Assembly: GCA_963829635.1 (NCBI GenBank)
Contig: CAWHJI010000006.1
Span: 1,535-65,534 of the forward strand
Direction: 5' to 3'
Source of the DNA: an uncultured Actinomycetota bacterium
Lineage (GTDB): Bacteria; Actinomycetota; Actinomycetes; Propionibacteriales; Nocardioidaceae
Length of the DNA: 64,000 bases
Shown: positions 52,209-63,233 of the stretch, in pieces
How positions within the stretch are numbered: position 1 is the stretch's first letter
How the letters are laid out: the number at the start of each line of letters is the position of its first letter
Made by a program: the position numbers and the translations under genes
Notes under the pieces: model-generated
Seen by the model: only the letters and a program-made list of their open reading frames with translations
Told to the model about the DNA's origin: nothing
Database searches by the model: none

Positions 52209-52499
52209 ATGGCGACCGACTACGACGCACCGCGCAAGACCGAGGAAGACCAGTCCGAGGAGAGCATCGAAGAGCTCAAGGCGCGCCGCCACGACAAGAA
52301 CTCCGGCAAGGTCGACGAGGACGAGGCCGAGGCCGCCGAGTCGTTCGAGCTTCCCGGTGCGGACCTCTCCCACGAGGAGCTGGCCGTCGAGGTGAAGCCC
52401 AAGCAGGTCGACGAGTTCACCTGCATGAGCTGCTTCCTGGTCCACCACCGCTCCCAGCTCGCGGACGAGAAGAAGCTGATCTGCAAGGACTGTGCCTGA
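52209..52499 (+). CDS. DUF4193 family protein
   Basis: MATDYDAPRK, ELPGADLS, EFTCMSCFLVHHRSQL, CKDCA. Confidence 0.93.
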   Translation: MATDYDAPRKTEEDQSEESIEELKARRHDKNSGKVDEDEAEAAESFELPGADLSHEELAVEVKPKQVDEFTCMSCFLVHHRSQLADEKKLICKDCA

Positions 52500-52589
52500 G
52501 CCGGGACGGGCTCTCCCTCTCGTAACCGCCCCGCGTGGGGCTCGTTGGTCGAGGTGACCCTGTCCTCCATTCCTTGGGGCTGATCTCCC

Positions 52590-53333
52590 ATGCGTTCGCG
52601 CACCCTCGCCGTCCTGCTCGGTCTCCTGATGGTCCCGGGCACCGTCCCGCTGGGCCTGATGGCGCTCAGCCAGCCGGCGGGCGCCGGCGGAACGGACCGC
52701 TACCAGGACGCACGCCTGACCCTTGCCCCGGTGGGGCCCACCCGTGCGACGGGCATGTACGTCGACATCGACTACGTGAATCCCGAGGACCGGGAGGCCA
52801 AGCCGCCCGCGGTGCGCAGGGTGGTCGAGATCCTGCCGCGCGGGTCGCGGATCGACACCCGGGCCACCGCCCGGTGCCGTGCGACGGATCCCGAGCTCAT
52901 GGCGCAGGGCGCCTCGGCGTGCCCGGCCCGGAGCGTGGTGGGCACCGGGTTCATCAAGCTCGACACGGGGGTCGAGGGCCCGGGTCGGTACCTGCGGGAG
53001 GACGTCACCTTCCTCAACAACGCCCACGAGCTGATCTACGTCAACACCGACCGCACGACCGGTCAGCGGGTGATCACCCGGGCCGAGGTCACGCGTCGCC
53101 GGGTGATCTCGACCGTCCCGCCGCTCCCGGGCACCCCGCCGGACGGCGCGGCGATCGATCTCGTCCGGGCGGATTTCCCGAAACTGGTCCGCCGCGTGGA
53201 CGGAGAGCGCCGGGTCTACCTCCGCACGCCGCGCCGGTGCCCCGACCGCGGCTACTGGGTGACCCGGCTCCGCTTCACCTATGACGACGGGACGCGGCAG
53301 ACCGAACGCACCCGCGTCGCCTGCCGCGACTGA
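52590..53333 (+). CDS. secreted hypothetical protein
   Basis: N-terminal hydrophobic signal, four Cys, beta-rich sequence. Confidence 0.7.
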   Translation: MRSRTLAVLLGLLMVPGTVPLGLMALSQPAGAGGTDRYQDARLTLAPVGPTRATGMYVDIDYVNPEDREAKPPAVRRVVEILPRGSRIDTRATARCRATDPELMAQGASACPARSVVGTGFIKLDTGVEGPGRYLREDVTFLNNAHELIYVNTDRTTGQRVITRAEVTRRRVISTVPPLPGTPPDGAAIDLVRADFPKLVRRVDGERRVYLRTPRRCPDRGYWVTRLRFTYDDGTRQTERTRVACRD

Positions 53334-53651
53334 TCAGGTGGTGGGCGCCGGCGCCTTGCTGGCGTCCTGGTCGTCCTTGACCAGGTCGGGCGGCAGGTGG
53401 CCGGTCGACTTCGCGTAGTAGCCCGCGGCCTTGCGCGTGGCCAGCATCCGGGCCAGGCCGATGATCGTGCCGCTGACGGCCGCCCAGGCGACGGCTTCCC
53501 ACAGGTCGACGTCGGGATCCGCCGGGTTGGCCGGCGGGTTCTTGCCGGTCGCGGCCTTCCAGGAGGTGTTGAGCCCCTTCTTGGCGACGGCGGCGGCCCC
53601 GAGGGCGGCGCCGAGGGAGAAAATCGTCCAGACCTTCGAACCAGATGCCAT
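53334..53651 (-). CDS. DUF4235 family membrane protein
   Basis: WKAATGKNPP, EAVAWAAVSG. Confidence 0.85.
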   Translation of the reverse strand: MASGSKVWTIFSLGAALGAAAVAKKGLNTSWKAATGKNPPANPADPDVDLWEAVAWAAVSGTIIGLARMLATRKAAGYYAKSTGHLPPDLVKDDQDASKAPAPTT

Positions 53652-53709
53652 GGCCCGACAGTACCCATCCGGTCGAGCGCTACCCCTCCCATACCCGGTC
53701 GGGCCGAGG

Positions 53710-54202
53710 TCATCCGGCGGGCGACGCCTCCGTCAGGTCGGTCAGGGCGCGGGCCAGCACGTCCGGGTGGCGGGTGCTGACCAGCCAGTACGGCGCCGGG
53801 TCGGCCGGATCGGTGATCTCCACCCGGACGGCCCGCTTGAGGTAGGGCCGCAGCAGGAGGTGGGCCCGGGCGTCGGCCTCGACCCCGGCCGTGCGCCGGG
53901 TGGCCTCCGCGTCCAGGGCGGTGGTGGCGCCCAGGTGGGCCCCGGCGATCCGGGCCCGACCGGCCCGCAGCATCCCGTCCGCGACGGTGACGGTGACGGC
54001 GCCGTACGCCAGCAGCGCGAGCGCCAGCAGGGCCATCGCCGCGCCGGACAGCGCCCACGCGGCCGTGATCGGCAGCGCGACGGCGAGCGCGAGCCACAGG
54101 CTGGCCACCAGCATCGTGCCCTGGACCCACCAGCGCAGGGGCACGCTGAGCCGCTCGTGGTAGAGCGCTCGCTCGCTGGGACCCGGGCTCGTCGGACTGC
54201 AC
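53710..54202 (-). CDS. DUF3093 family protein (start approximate)
   Basis: YHERLSVPLRWW, LRAGRARI, DPADPAPYWLVSTRHP. Confidence 0.85.
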
Positions 54203-54225
54203 GGGGTCAAGGGTAGGGTCCGCCC

Positions 54226-54720
54226 GTGCCTCCCGAAGCATCCGGTCGGGCCCCTGACCTCACCGTCCGTGTCGTCCGGCTCGACCCCGACCTGCCGCTG
54301 CCGTCGTACGCCCATCCCGGCGACGCCGGCGCCGACCTCGTCACCGCCGTGGACGTCAGCCTGGCCCCCGGTGAGCGGGCGATGGTTCCCACCGGGATCG
54401 CGATGGCGCTGCCCGACGGGTACGTCGCGCTGGTCCACCCGCGGTCCGGGCTCGCCGCCCGGCACGGGCTGTCCATCGTGAACACTCCGGGCACGATCGA
54501 CGCCGGCTACCGCGGTGAGATCAAGGTGCTGCTCGTCAACCACGACCCGTCGACGTCGATCGAGCTCGCCCGCGGTGACCGGATCGCCCAGCTGGTGGTG
54601 CAGCGGTTCGAGCGGGCCGGCTTCGTCGAGGTGGAGGAACTTCCGGCCTCGGCACGTGGCGCCGGGGGCTACGGTTCTACCGGAGGGTTCAGCAAGTCCC
54701 GAGCACAGGAGATTTCGTGA
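54226..54720 (+). CDS. dut: dUTP diphosphatase
   Basis: [39 protein letters not shown]. Confidence 0.95.
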   Translation: MPPEASGRAPDLTVRVVRLDPDLPLPSYAHPGDAGADLVTAVDVSLAPGERAMVPTGIAMALPDGYVALVHPRSGLAARHGLSIVNTPGTIDAGYRGEIKVLLVNHDPSTSIELARGDRIAQLVVQRFERAGFVEVEELPASARGAGGYGSTGGFSKSRAQEIS

Positions 54721-55399
54721 GGTTCCGCCGCAAGTCCGCCACCCCCGACGACCCGTCCGGTGCCACGCCGGACGTCGACGAGGCGTCGGCCGAGAGCAGT
54801 CGACGGGACCGGCGAGCGAGACCGGTGGCGCGACGGGCGATCAGGGACCGTTCGACGTCGACGAGATCGACGACGAGGTCTCGCGCGTCGACCTGGGCTC
54901 GCTGCTGATCGAGCCCCAGCAGGACCGCGAGCTCCGGCTCCAGGTCGACGAGAACACCCAGGAGGTCCAGGCCGTGATCCTGGCCGGACCCGACGGTGCG
55001 CTCGAGCTGCGCGCCTTCGCCGCGCCCCGCCACGGCGACCTGTGGACCGACATCCGGCCGCGGCTGGCCGCGGACATGGCCCGGCGCGGCGGCACCGCCA
55101 CCGAGCGCGAGGGCAGGTTCGGCACCGAGCTGGTCTGCCAGCTCGGCGTGACCACCGCCGACGGCCGCGCCGGCTCCCAGCAGTCGCGGATCGTCGGCAT
55201 CAACGGCTCGCGCTGGATGTTGCGCGGCACGTTCCTCGGCCGACCGGCGACCGACCCGGAGGGGGCGGCGGAGTGGGAGAACACCCTCGCCAAGGTCGTC
55301 GTCCGTCGCGGAGAGCACGCGATGCCCGTCGGCGACGCGCTGCCCGTCACCCTGCCCAAGGAGGCCCGCCCCGCGGAGCCGCCGGACGCCCAGCCGTAG
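54717..55399 (+). CDS. DUF3710 family protein (frameshift ~54800)
   Basis: [37 protein letters not shown]. Confidence 0.85.
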
Positions 55400-55414
55400 G
55401 TGGTGGGTGGTTCG

Positions 55415-55777
55415 GTGACCGGGAAGAGTCGACTGCGACGCAGCATCAGCCGATGGGCCAGCAGCACGGAGATGCACGAGCGAGAGCTCCGCGAGGCCTA
55501 CGCCGAGTCCGGCCTCGGCACGATCGGTGACGCGCCGGACCGGGAGCGGGTCCGGCTGCGGGGCACCATCCGCAACGTCACGCTGCGCCCGCGTGGCGGC
55601 GTACCGGCGCTCGAAGCCGAGATGACCGACGGGTCGGGCGTGATCCTGCTGGTGTGGCTCGGGCGCCGCCGGATCGCCGGCATCGATCCCGGCCGCAGCA
55701 TCCAGATCGAGGGGCGGATCGGCATCGGCGACGGTCACCGGATCATGTACAACCCGCGTTACGAGCTGATCCCGTGA
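55415..55777 (+). CDS. OB-fold nucleic acid-binding protein
   Basis: LEAEMTDGSG, WLGRRRIAGI, MYNPRYEL. Confidence 0.85.
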   Translation: MTGKSRLRRSISRWASSTEMHERELREAYAESGLGTIGDAPDRERVRLRGTIRNVTLRPRGGVPALEAEMTDGSGVILLVWLGRRRIAGIDPGRSIQIEGRIGIGDGHRIMYNPRYELIP

Positions 55778-56508
55778 ACGAGCGAGGAACTGCCGCTGCC
55801 TCGGTCGAGACCGTCGAGTCGATCGTCCGCGCGCAGCTGGCGAAGGCGCTCGGCGGTCGGCGGGGCATGGTCGAGGCCGCCGTGCCCACCATCCTGTTCA
55901 CGATCACCTGGCTGACCACCAAGGAGCTCCGGGTGGCGCTGGTCGCGAGCGTCGCCGTGGCGCTGGTGCTGCTCGCGGTGCGGCTCGTGCAGCGGTCCAC
56001 GGTCCAGTTCGTGCTCAACGCCCTGTTCGGGATCGGCATCGGCTGGCTCTTCGTCAGCATGTCGGCGCGTTCGGGAGGCAGCGAGGACGACCAGGCGCTC
56101 GCCTACTTCCTGCCCGGGATCATCTACAACACCGGCTACTCCGTGGTGCTGGCGTTCACCTGCCTGATCGGCTGGCCGCTGGTCGGCTTCATGGTCGGCA
56201 GCGTCACCGGCGACCCGACCGCGTGGCACAAGGACCGCCAGGTGGTCCGGCTCTGCTCGCTGCTCACGTGGGTGCTGGTCGCGCCGTGCATCGTCCGCGT
56301 CGCCGGCCAGGCCCCCGTGTGGTTCGCCGGCAAGTCGGGTGCGATGGATCCCGACGCGGCCGTCGCGGTCCTGGGCATCCTCAAGATCGTGATGGGCTGG
56401 CCGCTCCAGCTCGCCGCGCTGGCGCTGATGGTGGGGCTGCTGGCGCGCAACAGCACGCCGGTCGAGGGACCGGACCCGGCCGCGGTCCTGGGTGGGGATG
56501 AGACCTAG
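55774..56508 (+). CDS. DUF3159 family membrane protein
   Basis: ALGGRRGMVE, YFLPG, WPLVG, KIVMGWPL. Confidence 0.85.
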   Translation: MNERGTAAASVETVESIVRAQLAKALGGRRGMVEAAVPTILFTITWLTTKELRVALVASVAVALVLLAVRLVQRSTVQFVLNALFGIGIGWLFVSMSARSGGSEDDQALAYFLPGIIYNTGYSVVLAFTCLIGWPLVGFMVGSVTGDPTAWHKDRQVVRLCSLLTWVLVAPCIVRVAGQAPVWFAGKSGAMDPDAAVAVLGILKIVMGWPLQLAALALMVGLLARNSTPVEGPDPAAVLGGDET

Positions 56509-57180
56509 CTAGCCGCCGTGGGCGGACGGGGCGAGCAGCCGCTCGAGCTCGTCCTCGACGTCGGAGGAGACCACGAACAGCAGCTCGTCGTGCGCCTCGA
56601 TCGGCTGCTCCGCGTCGGGCCGGTACACCTGCCCGTCGCGCAGGATCGTGACGAGCGCGCAGTTCTCCGGGAGCGGGATCAGGCCGGCCGGCTTGCCGAC
56701 GTACGGCGAGTCCTCGGGGAGGGTCAGCTCGACGAGGTTGGCGTTGCCCTGGCGGAACGTGAACAGCCGCACCAGGTCACCGATGGTGACGGCCTCCTCG
56801 ACCAGCGCCGACATGATCCGCGGGGTCGACACGTTGACGTCGACCCCCCAGGCCTCGGTGAACAGCCACTCGTTGTTGGGGTGGTTGACCCGGCCGACGG
56901 TGCGCGGCACCCCGAACTCGGTCTTGGCAAGCAGGGAGGTGACCAGGTTGACCTTGTCGTCGCCGGTGGCGGCGATCACCACGTCGCACTGGTCCATCCG
57001 CGCCTCCTCGAGCGAGGAGAGCTCGCACGAGTCGGCGAGCAGCCACTCGGCGTCCGGCACCCGCTCGGGCTTCATCGCGCTGGCGGCCTTGTCGATCAGC
57101 AGCACCTGGTGGCCGTTGTCGATCAGCTCGCGGGCGATCGAACGGCCCACGGCTCCGGCGCCGGCGATGGCGACCCTCAT
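56509..57180 (-). CDS. trkA: TrkA-family RCK potassium transport regulator (CeoC-like)
   Basis: MRVAIAGAGAVG, ATGDDKVNLVTSLLAKTEFGV. Confidence 0.9.
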   Translation of the reverse strand: MRVAIAGAGAVGRSIARELIDNGHQVLLIDKAASAMKPERVPDAEWLLADSCELSSLEEARMDQCDVVIAATGDDKVNLVTSLLAKTEFGVPRTVGRVNHPNNEWLFTEAWGVDVNVSTPRIMSALVEEAVTIGDLVRLFTFRQGNANLVELTLPEDSPYVGKPAGLIPLPENCALVTILRDGQVYRPDAEQPIEAHDELLFVVSSDVEDELERLLAPSAHGG

Positions 57181-57842
57181 GCCTGGTCCTCCGGGCCCTT
57201 GTCGATCACGGCGTAGGCGTGGGCGGCGTTCTGCTCGCGGATCACGACGTGCATCAGGTCGCCCTCCTGGAGGATCGTCTCGCGGGTCGGCAGCATGCCC
57301 TCGCCGAGCCGGTCGATCCAGGCGATCCTCCCGCGGGACTGCTCCTGGAAGTGGATGGTCCGCTGGCCCACCCACGACTCGGGGACCGGGATCTGGTCGA
57401 CCCGGATCGTGCCGGAGGGGTCCCGGAAGTCGGGCTCGGCGCCGGCGGGGAGCAGCCGTCGCAGCACCTGGTCGGCGGTCCACTTCACGGTGGCCACCGT
57501 CGTGATGCCGAGCCGCTGGTAGACCTCCGCGCGGCCGGGGTCGTAGATCCGGGCCACGACTGCCTGGATCCCGAACGTCTCCCGGGCCACCCGCGCGGCG
57601 ATGATGTTGGAGTTGTCGCCGCTGGAGACCGCGGCGAACGCCTCGGCGCGCCGGATGCCGGCCTTCTCGAGGACCTCCTGGTCGAAGCCGAAGCCGGTGA
57701 CCTTGTCGCCGTTGAAGGCGGGACCGAGGCGGCGGAAGGAGTCCGGCTCGCTGTCGATCACCGACACGGTGTGGTTGCGGTCCTCGAGGCTGCGGGCCAG
57801 CGTCGACCCGACCCGGCCGCAGCCCATGATGACGACATGCAC
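57177..57842 (-). CDS. trkA: TrkA-family RCK potassium transport regulator (CeoB-like)
   Basis: MHVVIMGCGRVG, VSSGDNSNII, ARIYDPGRAEVYQRLGI. Confidence 0.9.
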   Translation of the reverse strand: MHVVIMGCGRVGSTLARSLEDRNHTVSVIDSEPDSFRRLGPAFNGDKVTGFGFDQEVLEKAGIRRAEAFAAVSSGDNSNIIAARVARETFGIQAVVARIYDPGRAEVYQRLGITTVATVKWTADQVLRRLLPAGAEPDFRDPSGTIRVDQIPVPESWVGQRTIHFQEQSRGRIAWIDRLGEGMLPTRETILQEGDLMHVVIREQNAAHAYAVIDKGPEDQA

Positions 57843-57899
57843 GGGGAAACCGTATCCCAGCCGCGCTCTCGGACGGTCGGGGGTCTAACCTCTCTCCTC

Positions 57900-59955
57900 G
57901 TGGGTGTCGGCGACGTCTCCAAGCGGATCCTGGTGGGGCGCAAGCTCCGCAGCTCCCAGATCGGGGAGACCCTGCTCCCCAAGCGGATCGCCCTGCCCGT
58001 CTTCGCCAGCGACGCGCTGTCCTCGGTCGCCTACGCGCCGGACGAGGTCTTCATCATGCTGTCGCTCGCCGGCGCGTCGGCCTACGTCTGGTCGTGGAAG
58101 ATCGGGATCGCGGTGGCCCTGGTGATGACCGCGGTCGTCGCGTCGTACCGCCAGAACGTGCACGCCTACCCCAGCGGCGGCGGCGACTACGAGGTGGCCA
58201 CGGTCAACCTCGGCCGCACCGCCGGCACCACGGTCGCCAGCGCCCTGCTGGTCGACTACGTGCTCACCGTGGCGGTGTCGATCTCGTCGGGAGCGCAGTA
58301 CGCCGCCTCGGCGTTCCCGGCGCTGAGCGGCCACGAGGCCACGGTCGCGAGCATCGCCGTCCTCGTGCTGATGGCGCTGAACCTGCGCGGCATCCGGGAG
58401 TCCGGCACGTTGTTCGCGATCCCCACCTACGCGTTCATGGCCGCGATGGGCCTGATGATCGGGTACGGCTTCCTGCGGATGGCGGGCGGCACGCTCCCCG
58501 AAGTGGCGAGCGCCGACCTCGCCATCGAGTCGGCGCCGGGCTACGAGGGCGGCCTGACCACGATCGCCCTGATGTTCCTGCTGGCGCGGGCGTTCTCCTC
58601 GGGCTGTGCGGCGCTCACCGGCGTCGAGGCGATCTCCAACGGGGTGCCGGCGTTCCGCAAACCGAAGAGCCGCAACGCCGCGACCACCCTGCTGCTGCTG
58701 GGCCTGATCGCGATCACGATGATGATGAGCGTCATCGTGCTGGCCAACCAGATGGGGCTGAAGTACGTCGACCCGCACGAGCTCGAGCGGCTCCGGCTCC
58801 CGAGCGGCGCACCGGTGCCCGCCAGCTACGACCAGGACACCGTGATCGCCCAGATCGCCCGGGCGATCTTCAGCGACTTCTCGCCCGGCTTCTACCTCGT
58901 CGTCACCGTGACCGGCGTGATCCTGGTGCTCGCGGCGAACACCGCGTTCAACGGGTTCCCGGTGCTCGGCTCGATCCTCGCCGAGGACGGGCTGGCCCCG
59001 CGCGCGCTCGGCTCCCGCGGCGACCGGCTCGCCTACAGCAACGGCATCGTCTTCCTGGCCGTGATGGCGATCGTCGCTGATCCTGGCCTTCGACGCCGAG
59101 ACCACCCGGCTGATCCAGCTCTACATCGTCGGGGTGTTCGTCTCGTTCAACCTCAGCCAGCTCGGGATGATCCGGCACTGGACGCGTCGGCTCCGGACCG
59201 AGAAGGACAACGCGAAGCGGCGGCGGTTCCAGCAGTCGCGCGCCATCAACGCGGTCGGGCTGACGTTCACCGCGGTCGTCCTGGTCGTCGTCCTCATCAC
59301 GAAGTTCCTGGAGGGCGCCTGGATCGCGATCCTCGCGATGGTGATCTTCTTCCTGATCATGAAGGGGATCTCGCGGCACTACACCAACGTCGCGCTCGAG
59401 CTGGCGGCCGACGAGGAGGACAAGGTCCTGCCGACGCGGGTGCACGCAATGGTGCTCGTCTCCAAGCTGCACAAGCCCACCCTGCGCGCCCTCGCCTTCG
59501 CCAAGGCGTCGCGACCGAACGTGCTCGAGGGGGTCTACGTCGCGGAGGACCCCGAGACCACCAACCGGCTCTTCCGGGAGTGGGACGACCGCAACCTCGG
59601 CGTCCCGCTCAAGGTGCTGCACTCGCCCTACCGCGAGGTGGTCAAGCCGATCGTCGACTACGCCGTGGAGATCCGGAAGGCGAACCCGCGTGGCGTGGTC
59701 GCGGTCTACATCCCGGAGTACGTCGTCGGCCGCTGGTGGGAGCAGCTGCTGCACAACCAGACGGCGCTGCGGCTCAAGGGCAGGCTGCTGTTCACGCCAG
59801 GCGTCATGGTGACCTCCGTGCCCTACCAGCTGCGGTCCTCCCAGATCGCCCGCGAACGCGAGGAGCGCGAGAGCGGTCGGGTGCGGCCCGGCGACGTACG
59901 CCGCGGCAACGTCCACGACGGCAGCGCCCGTCGCCGCGGTCAGATCCCGCGATGA
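57900..59955 (+). CDS. APC-family permease, KimA-like K+ transporter (frameshift ~59078)
   Basis: FASDALSSVAY, AYPSGGGDY, ALTGVEAISNGVP, AANTAFNGFP, SPYRE, LLHNQTA. Confidence 0.88.
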
Positions 59956-61122
59956 CGCGGCAGGCCCGCAAGCGCCGGGCCCGTGGCCGCTCCCGGGTGG
60001 GGGAGCGGTTCACCGTCGACGTCGGGCCGGTCGCCCACGGTGGCCACTGCGTCGCCCGACTCCCCGACCCGGACCCCCGCGTGGTGTTCGTCCGCCATGC
60101 CCTGCCCGGCGAGCGCGTGGTCGTCGAGATCACCGACGGCACCGACGGCGACCGGTTCTGGCGGGCCGACGCGGTCGCGGTGCTCGCGCCGTCACCGGAC
60201 CGGGTCCGGCCCCCGTGCCCGGTCGCCGGACCCGGACTGTGCGGCGGCTGCGACTTCCAGCACGCCTCCCTGCCGGCGCAGCGCGCGCTGAAGGCGTCGG
60301 TGGTGCGCGAGCAGCTCGTCCGCCTCGGTGGTCTGGCCGCCGACGACGCGCTCCTCGCCGACCTCGAGGTGGTGGCCGTGCCCGGCGACGACGACGGGCT
60401 GCGCTGGCGCACGCGCGTCCGCTACGCCCGAACGCCCGACGGCGGTCGCGGGATGCGCAAGCACCGCTCCCACGGCGTCGTACCTGTCGAGGACTGCCTG
60501 ATCGCCCGCACCGACGCGCTCGAGCCCGGCCCCGGCACCGTCGTGGAGGAGGTCGAGACGTCGTCCGGCTCCCACTCCTTCGAGGTGGACGTCGAGGGGT
60601 TCTGGCAGGTCCACCCGGGCGCGCCCCGGGTGCTGGTCGAGACGGTGCTGTCCTTCCTCGCGCCCGCGGCCGGGGGAGCGGGCGCTCGACCTCTACGCCG
60701 GCGTCGGGCTGTTCGCGCGGTTCCTGGCCGACGCGGTCGGACCGTCCGGCACAGTGGTCGCGGTCGAGGGATCGCGGTCGGCCGCCGTCCACGCCCGGGC
60801 GAACCTCGGCGCCCACGCGAGCGTCGAGGTCGGACCCGTCGACCGCGTGCTGCGGACCTCCCACCACGACCGGTTCGACGTCGTGGTCCTGGACCCGCCC
60901 CGCGAGGGCGCCAAGCGGAAGGTCGTCGGGCAGGTCGCGGAGCGGCGTCCCCGCGCCGTGGCGTACGTCGCCTGCGACCCGGCCGCGCTCGCCCGGGACG
61001 TGGCGATCTTCGCCGAGCACGGGTACCGCCTCGTGCGGCTGCGGGCGTTCGACCTGTTCCCGATGACGCACCACGTCGAGTGCGTCGCTTTGCTCATGAG
61101 AACCGGCCCTGACCTGCGGTAA
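59952..61122 (+). CDS. TRAM-domain RNA (uracil-5)-methyltransferase, RlmD/RumA-like (frameshift ~60669)
   Basis: AHGGHCVAR, FVRHALPGE, CGGCDFQH, FWQVH, DLYAGVGLF, LDPPR, YVACDP, DLFPMTHHVECV. Confidence 0.9.
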
Positions 61123-61418
61123 CGCGATTCCTGCGCAGCAGGTCGAAAGCCGAAGTCTGGTCTTAAGGCTCACTTTGAGGCCCTTATGGCTCGCTTTGAA
61201 GCCGCGGAGCGGGCGCCCACCGGGCCGCTATCCAGCCTCCTGGGGGAGTGCAGTCGCGGCGGTATGACGCAGGCTGGAGTGCACGCTCATGCCGAGAGTC
61301 GGACGTTTCATTGCCGTCACACTGCGTCCCGTGCCGGGCCCCAGGCGGCGGCACTCACGCACCGAAGATGCCCTCTCGGTGAACGTGACAGAGCTGGTCA
61401 CCGGTGCCACGCTGAGAC

Positions 61419-62096
61419 ATGGACTCGTGGAACGGCATCGCGCGAATCAGTGGATGGGCCGGACTGGTTGGCGCGGTGTTGTTGTTCGGCGCGATCATTC
61501 CGTTGGGGTCCCTGGGAGAGCCCCCGCTCGAGGCGACCACGAAGGACGCGGCGGAGTACATCCGCAACGCCGCGGAGGCCGACTGGGTCCAGCCAGTCCA
61601 GGCGGTCGGAGCACTCGGGATGATCGGACTGTTGTGGTTCATGGTCGGGTTGGCCGTTCTCTTGCGCCGGGCCGAGGGTGAGCCGCCCTTGCGTTCGACC
61701 GTGGCCCTAGCGTCCGCGGTGCTGCTCCCGGCCTACTACCTGGTGAACGCGAGCTGGGCGTCCGCCGCCCATCGCGGCCTTGAGCTGGACCCGGCCGTTG
61801 CGGCGTATGCGTTTGACGTCGGCAACATAGGCTTCGCCAACACCTGGCTCGCCCTCGGTAGCTTCGCTGGCGCCGCGGGGTGGGTGATGCTGACGTCCGG
61901 CGCCTGGCCGCGATGGCTCGGCTGGTGGGGCGCTGTCGTCGGCGTCGGGATGCTGCTGGCCCGCTTCGTGTGGACGATCGAATCCGCATGGGTCGTGCCC
62001 TACGGCGTTTTCTGGATCTGGCTGCTGACCGTCGCCGTACGGCTCGTGATGGGTCGGGACGTCCCGGTCGCCAGCGCGGCGGCCGGACCCGCGTGA
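61419..62096 (+). CDS. multi-pass membrane protein (DUF4386-like)
   Basis: About 6 TM segments; WPRWLGWWG. Confidence 0.75.
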   Translation: MDSWNGIARISGWAGLVGAVLLFGAIIPLGSLGEPPLEATTKDAAEYIRNAAEADWVQPVQAVGALGMIGLLWFMVGLAVLLRRAEGEPPLRSTVALASAVLLPAYYLVNASWASAAHRGLELDPAVAAYAFDVGNIGFANTWLALGSFAGAAGWVMLTSGAWPRWLGWWGAVVGVGMLLARFVWTIESAWVVPYGVFWIWLLTVAVRLVMGRDVPVASAAAGPA

Positions 62097-62174
62097 CGGG
62101 CAGCGCGGCCATCCGGAACTGCCGCGATCCGCTCTGTCGTGCCTGCGGCTCAGTTGTTCCCTAGGGTGTGGCTC

Positions 62175-62543
62175 GTGGACGTGCAAGGTATCGACGAGCG
62201 CGCGCTCGGGGAGCAGGGTTACGGCTGCGACTTCGTCGTGTTCATCTACGAAGGCGGCGAGAGTGCCGTGGAGAACTTCTCCTGGAGCGTCGGCAGCCTG
62301 CTACTGACCAACACGGACTTGCCTCAGGTCCTTGCGTGGCTACGAGAGCACCTTCCCGTCGATTGCTGTTGGTCCTTGGCCGTTGTGCAAGCACCCAAGC
62401 GCCCGACTGCGGAATCCCGTGTCGATGTGGCTTGGATTGTTGGCGACGACGTGTTGAACACGCCGCCAGAGAGCCGTGATGCAGAGGAGCAACGCATCGC
62501 GGAGGAAATGGTCGCGCGCCGCCACAAGGTAACGCTCGTCTGA
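62175..62543 (+). CDS. hypothetical protein (~122 aa)
   Basis: Open frame; TAGGGT -10 seven nt before GTG 62175. Confidence 0.65.
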   Translation: MDVQGIDERALGEQGYGCDFVVFIYEGGESAVENFSWSVGSLLLTNTDLPQVLAWLREHLPVDCCWSLAVVQAPKRPTAESRVDVAWIVGDDVLNTPPESRDAEEQRIAEEMVARRHKVTLV

Positions 62544-62619
62544 CGGCTCGGGGTGTCCGCTCATGCCGCCATGAGCGCAGACCTGCCGATGAGCGATCTA
62601 CCTCTGCCACGATTGCGTC

Positions 62620-62832
62620 ATGGCCTCGTCCAACGACCGCGAACTGCGCGCCCGTCAACGGTTGACGGAGAACTTTCTGGGCGTATGGATGGCCGCGCTC
62701 ATGCTGGTTATCTGCGCTATCGGAGCGTTCTCGGGGCACTGGCTGTTGGCTGCTCTGGTGGCCGTGCCCTGCTCGACCCTGCTCGCGCTACACGTTCGGC
62801 GTTTGCGGCAGCTGACCAAGCAGGACAAGTGA
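62620..62832 (+). CDS. small 2-TM protein (70 aa)
   Basis: Two hydrophobic helices; TGCCACGAT six nt before ATG. Confidence 0.65.
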   Translation: MASSNDRELRARQRLTENFLGVWMAALMLVICAIGAFSGHWLLAALVAVPCSTLLALHVRRLRQLTKQDK

Positions 62833-62882
62833 AGGACACCTGGCCCGCACGCTCATGCCGCCGAGCGGGCACAGGCTTCGCG

Positions 62883-63131
62883 TTAGGCGACCTGCCTAAC
62901 GACGACCGCTCTGTAGTCGAACCCGTCCTGCGCGGGTGTCTCCCACTCAAGCTCCACTGATTCGCCGACAGCGAGGGTCTTGTATTCGGAGACTTCTGTC
63001 CCGCCCTCCCGGCGGATGAGCGGGGTTTCGATGGCCGAGTAGTGAGCCCAACAACCGCCGGGCGTCTCCGCGCTGTCGAGCACTCCGCAGCCGAGCTCGT
63101 CGTCCCACTCACGCACTACCGCCCGGACCAT
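62883..63131 (-). CDS. divergent cold-shock-domain-like protein
   Basis: VREWDDELGCGVL (RNP1-like), CWAHYSAIE (RNP2-like), YKTLAVGESVELE, RAVVV. Confidence 0.75.
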   Translation of the reverse strand: MVRAVVREWDDELGCGVLDSAETPGGCWAHYSAIETPLIRREGGTEVSEYKTLAVGESVELEWETPAQDGFDYRAVVVRQVA

Positions 63132-63233
63132 GGGGCGAGCCTAAGGCAGCGACGTGCACGCTCATGCCGCTTGCCGGATACAAGCGTCGAATGGGAGGCG
63201 TTGGCCAAGTCAATCTCTGCCAAGATCGAGCCC

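Noticed and set aside
57219-61112. Giant ORFs such as 1297 aa here, 1199 aa at 47539-51138 and 994 aa at 35293-38277, suggesting novel fusions
   Set aside because: Stop-poor high-GC frames joined through frameshifts and overlaps; the component genes are ordinary.
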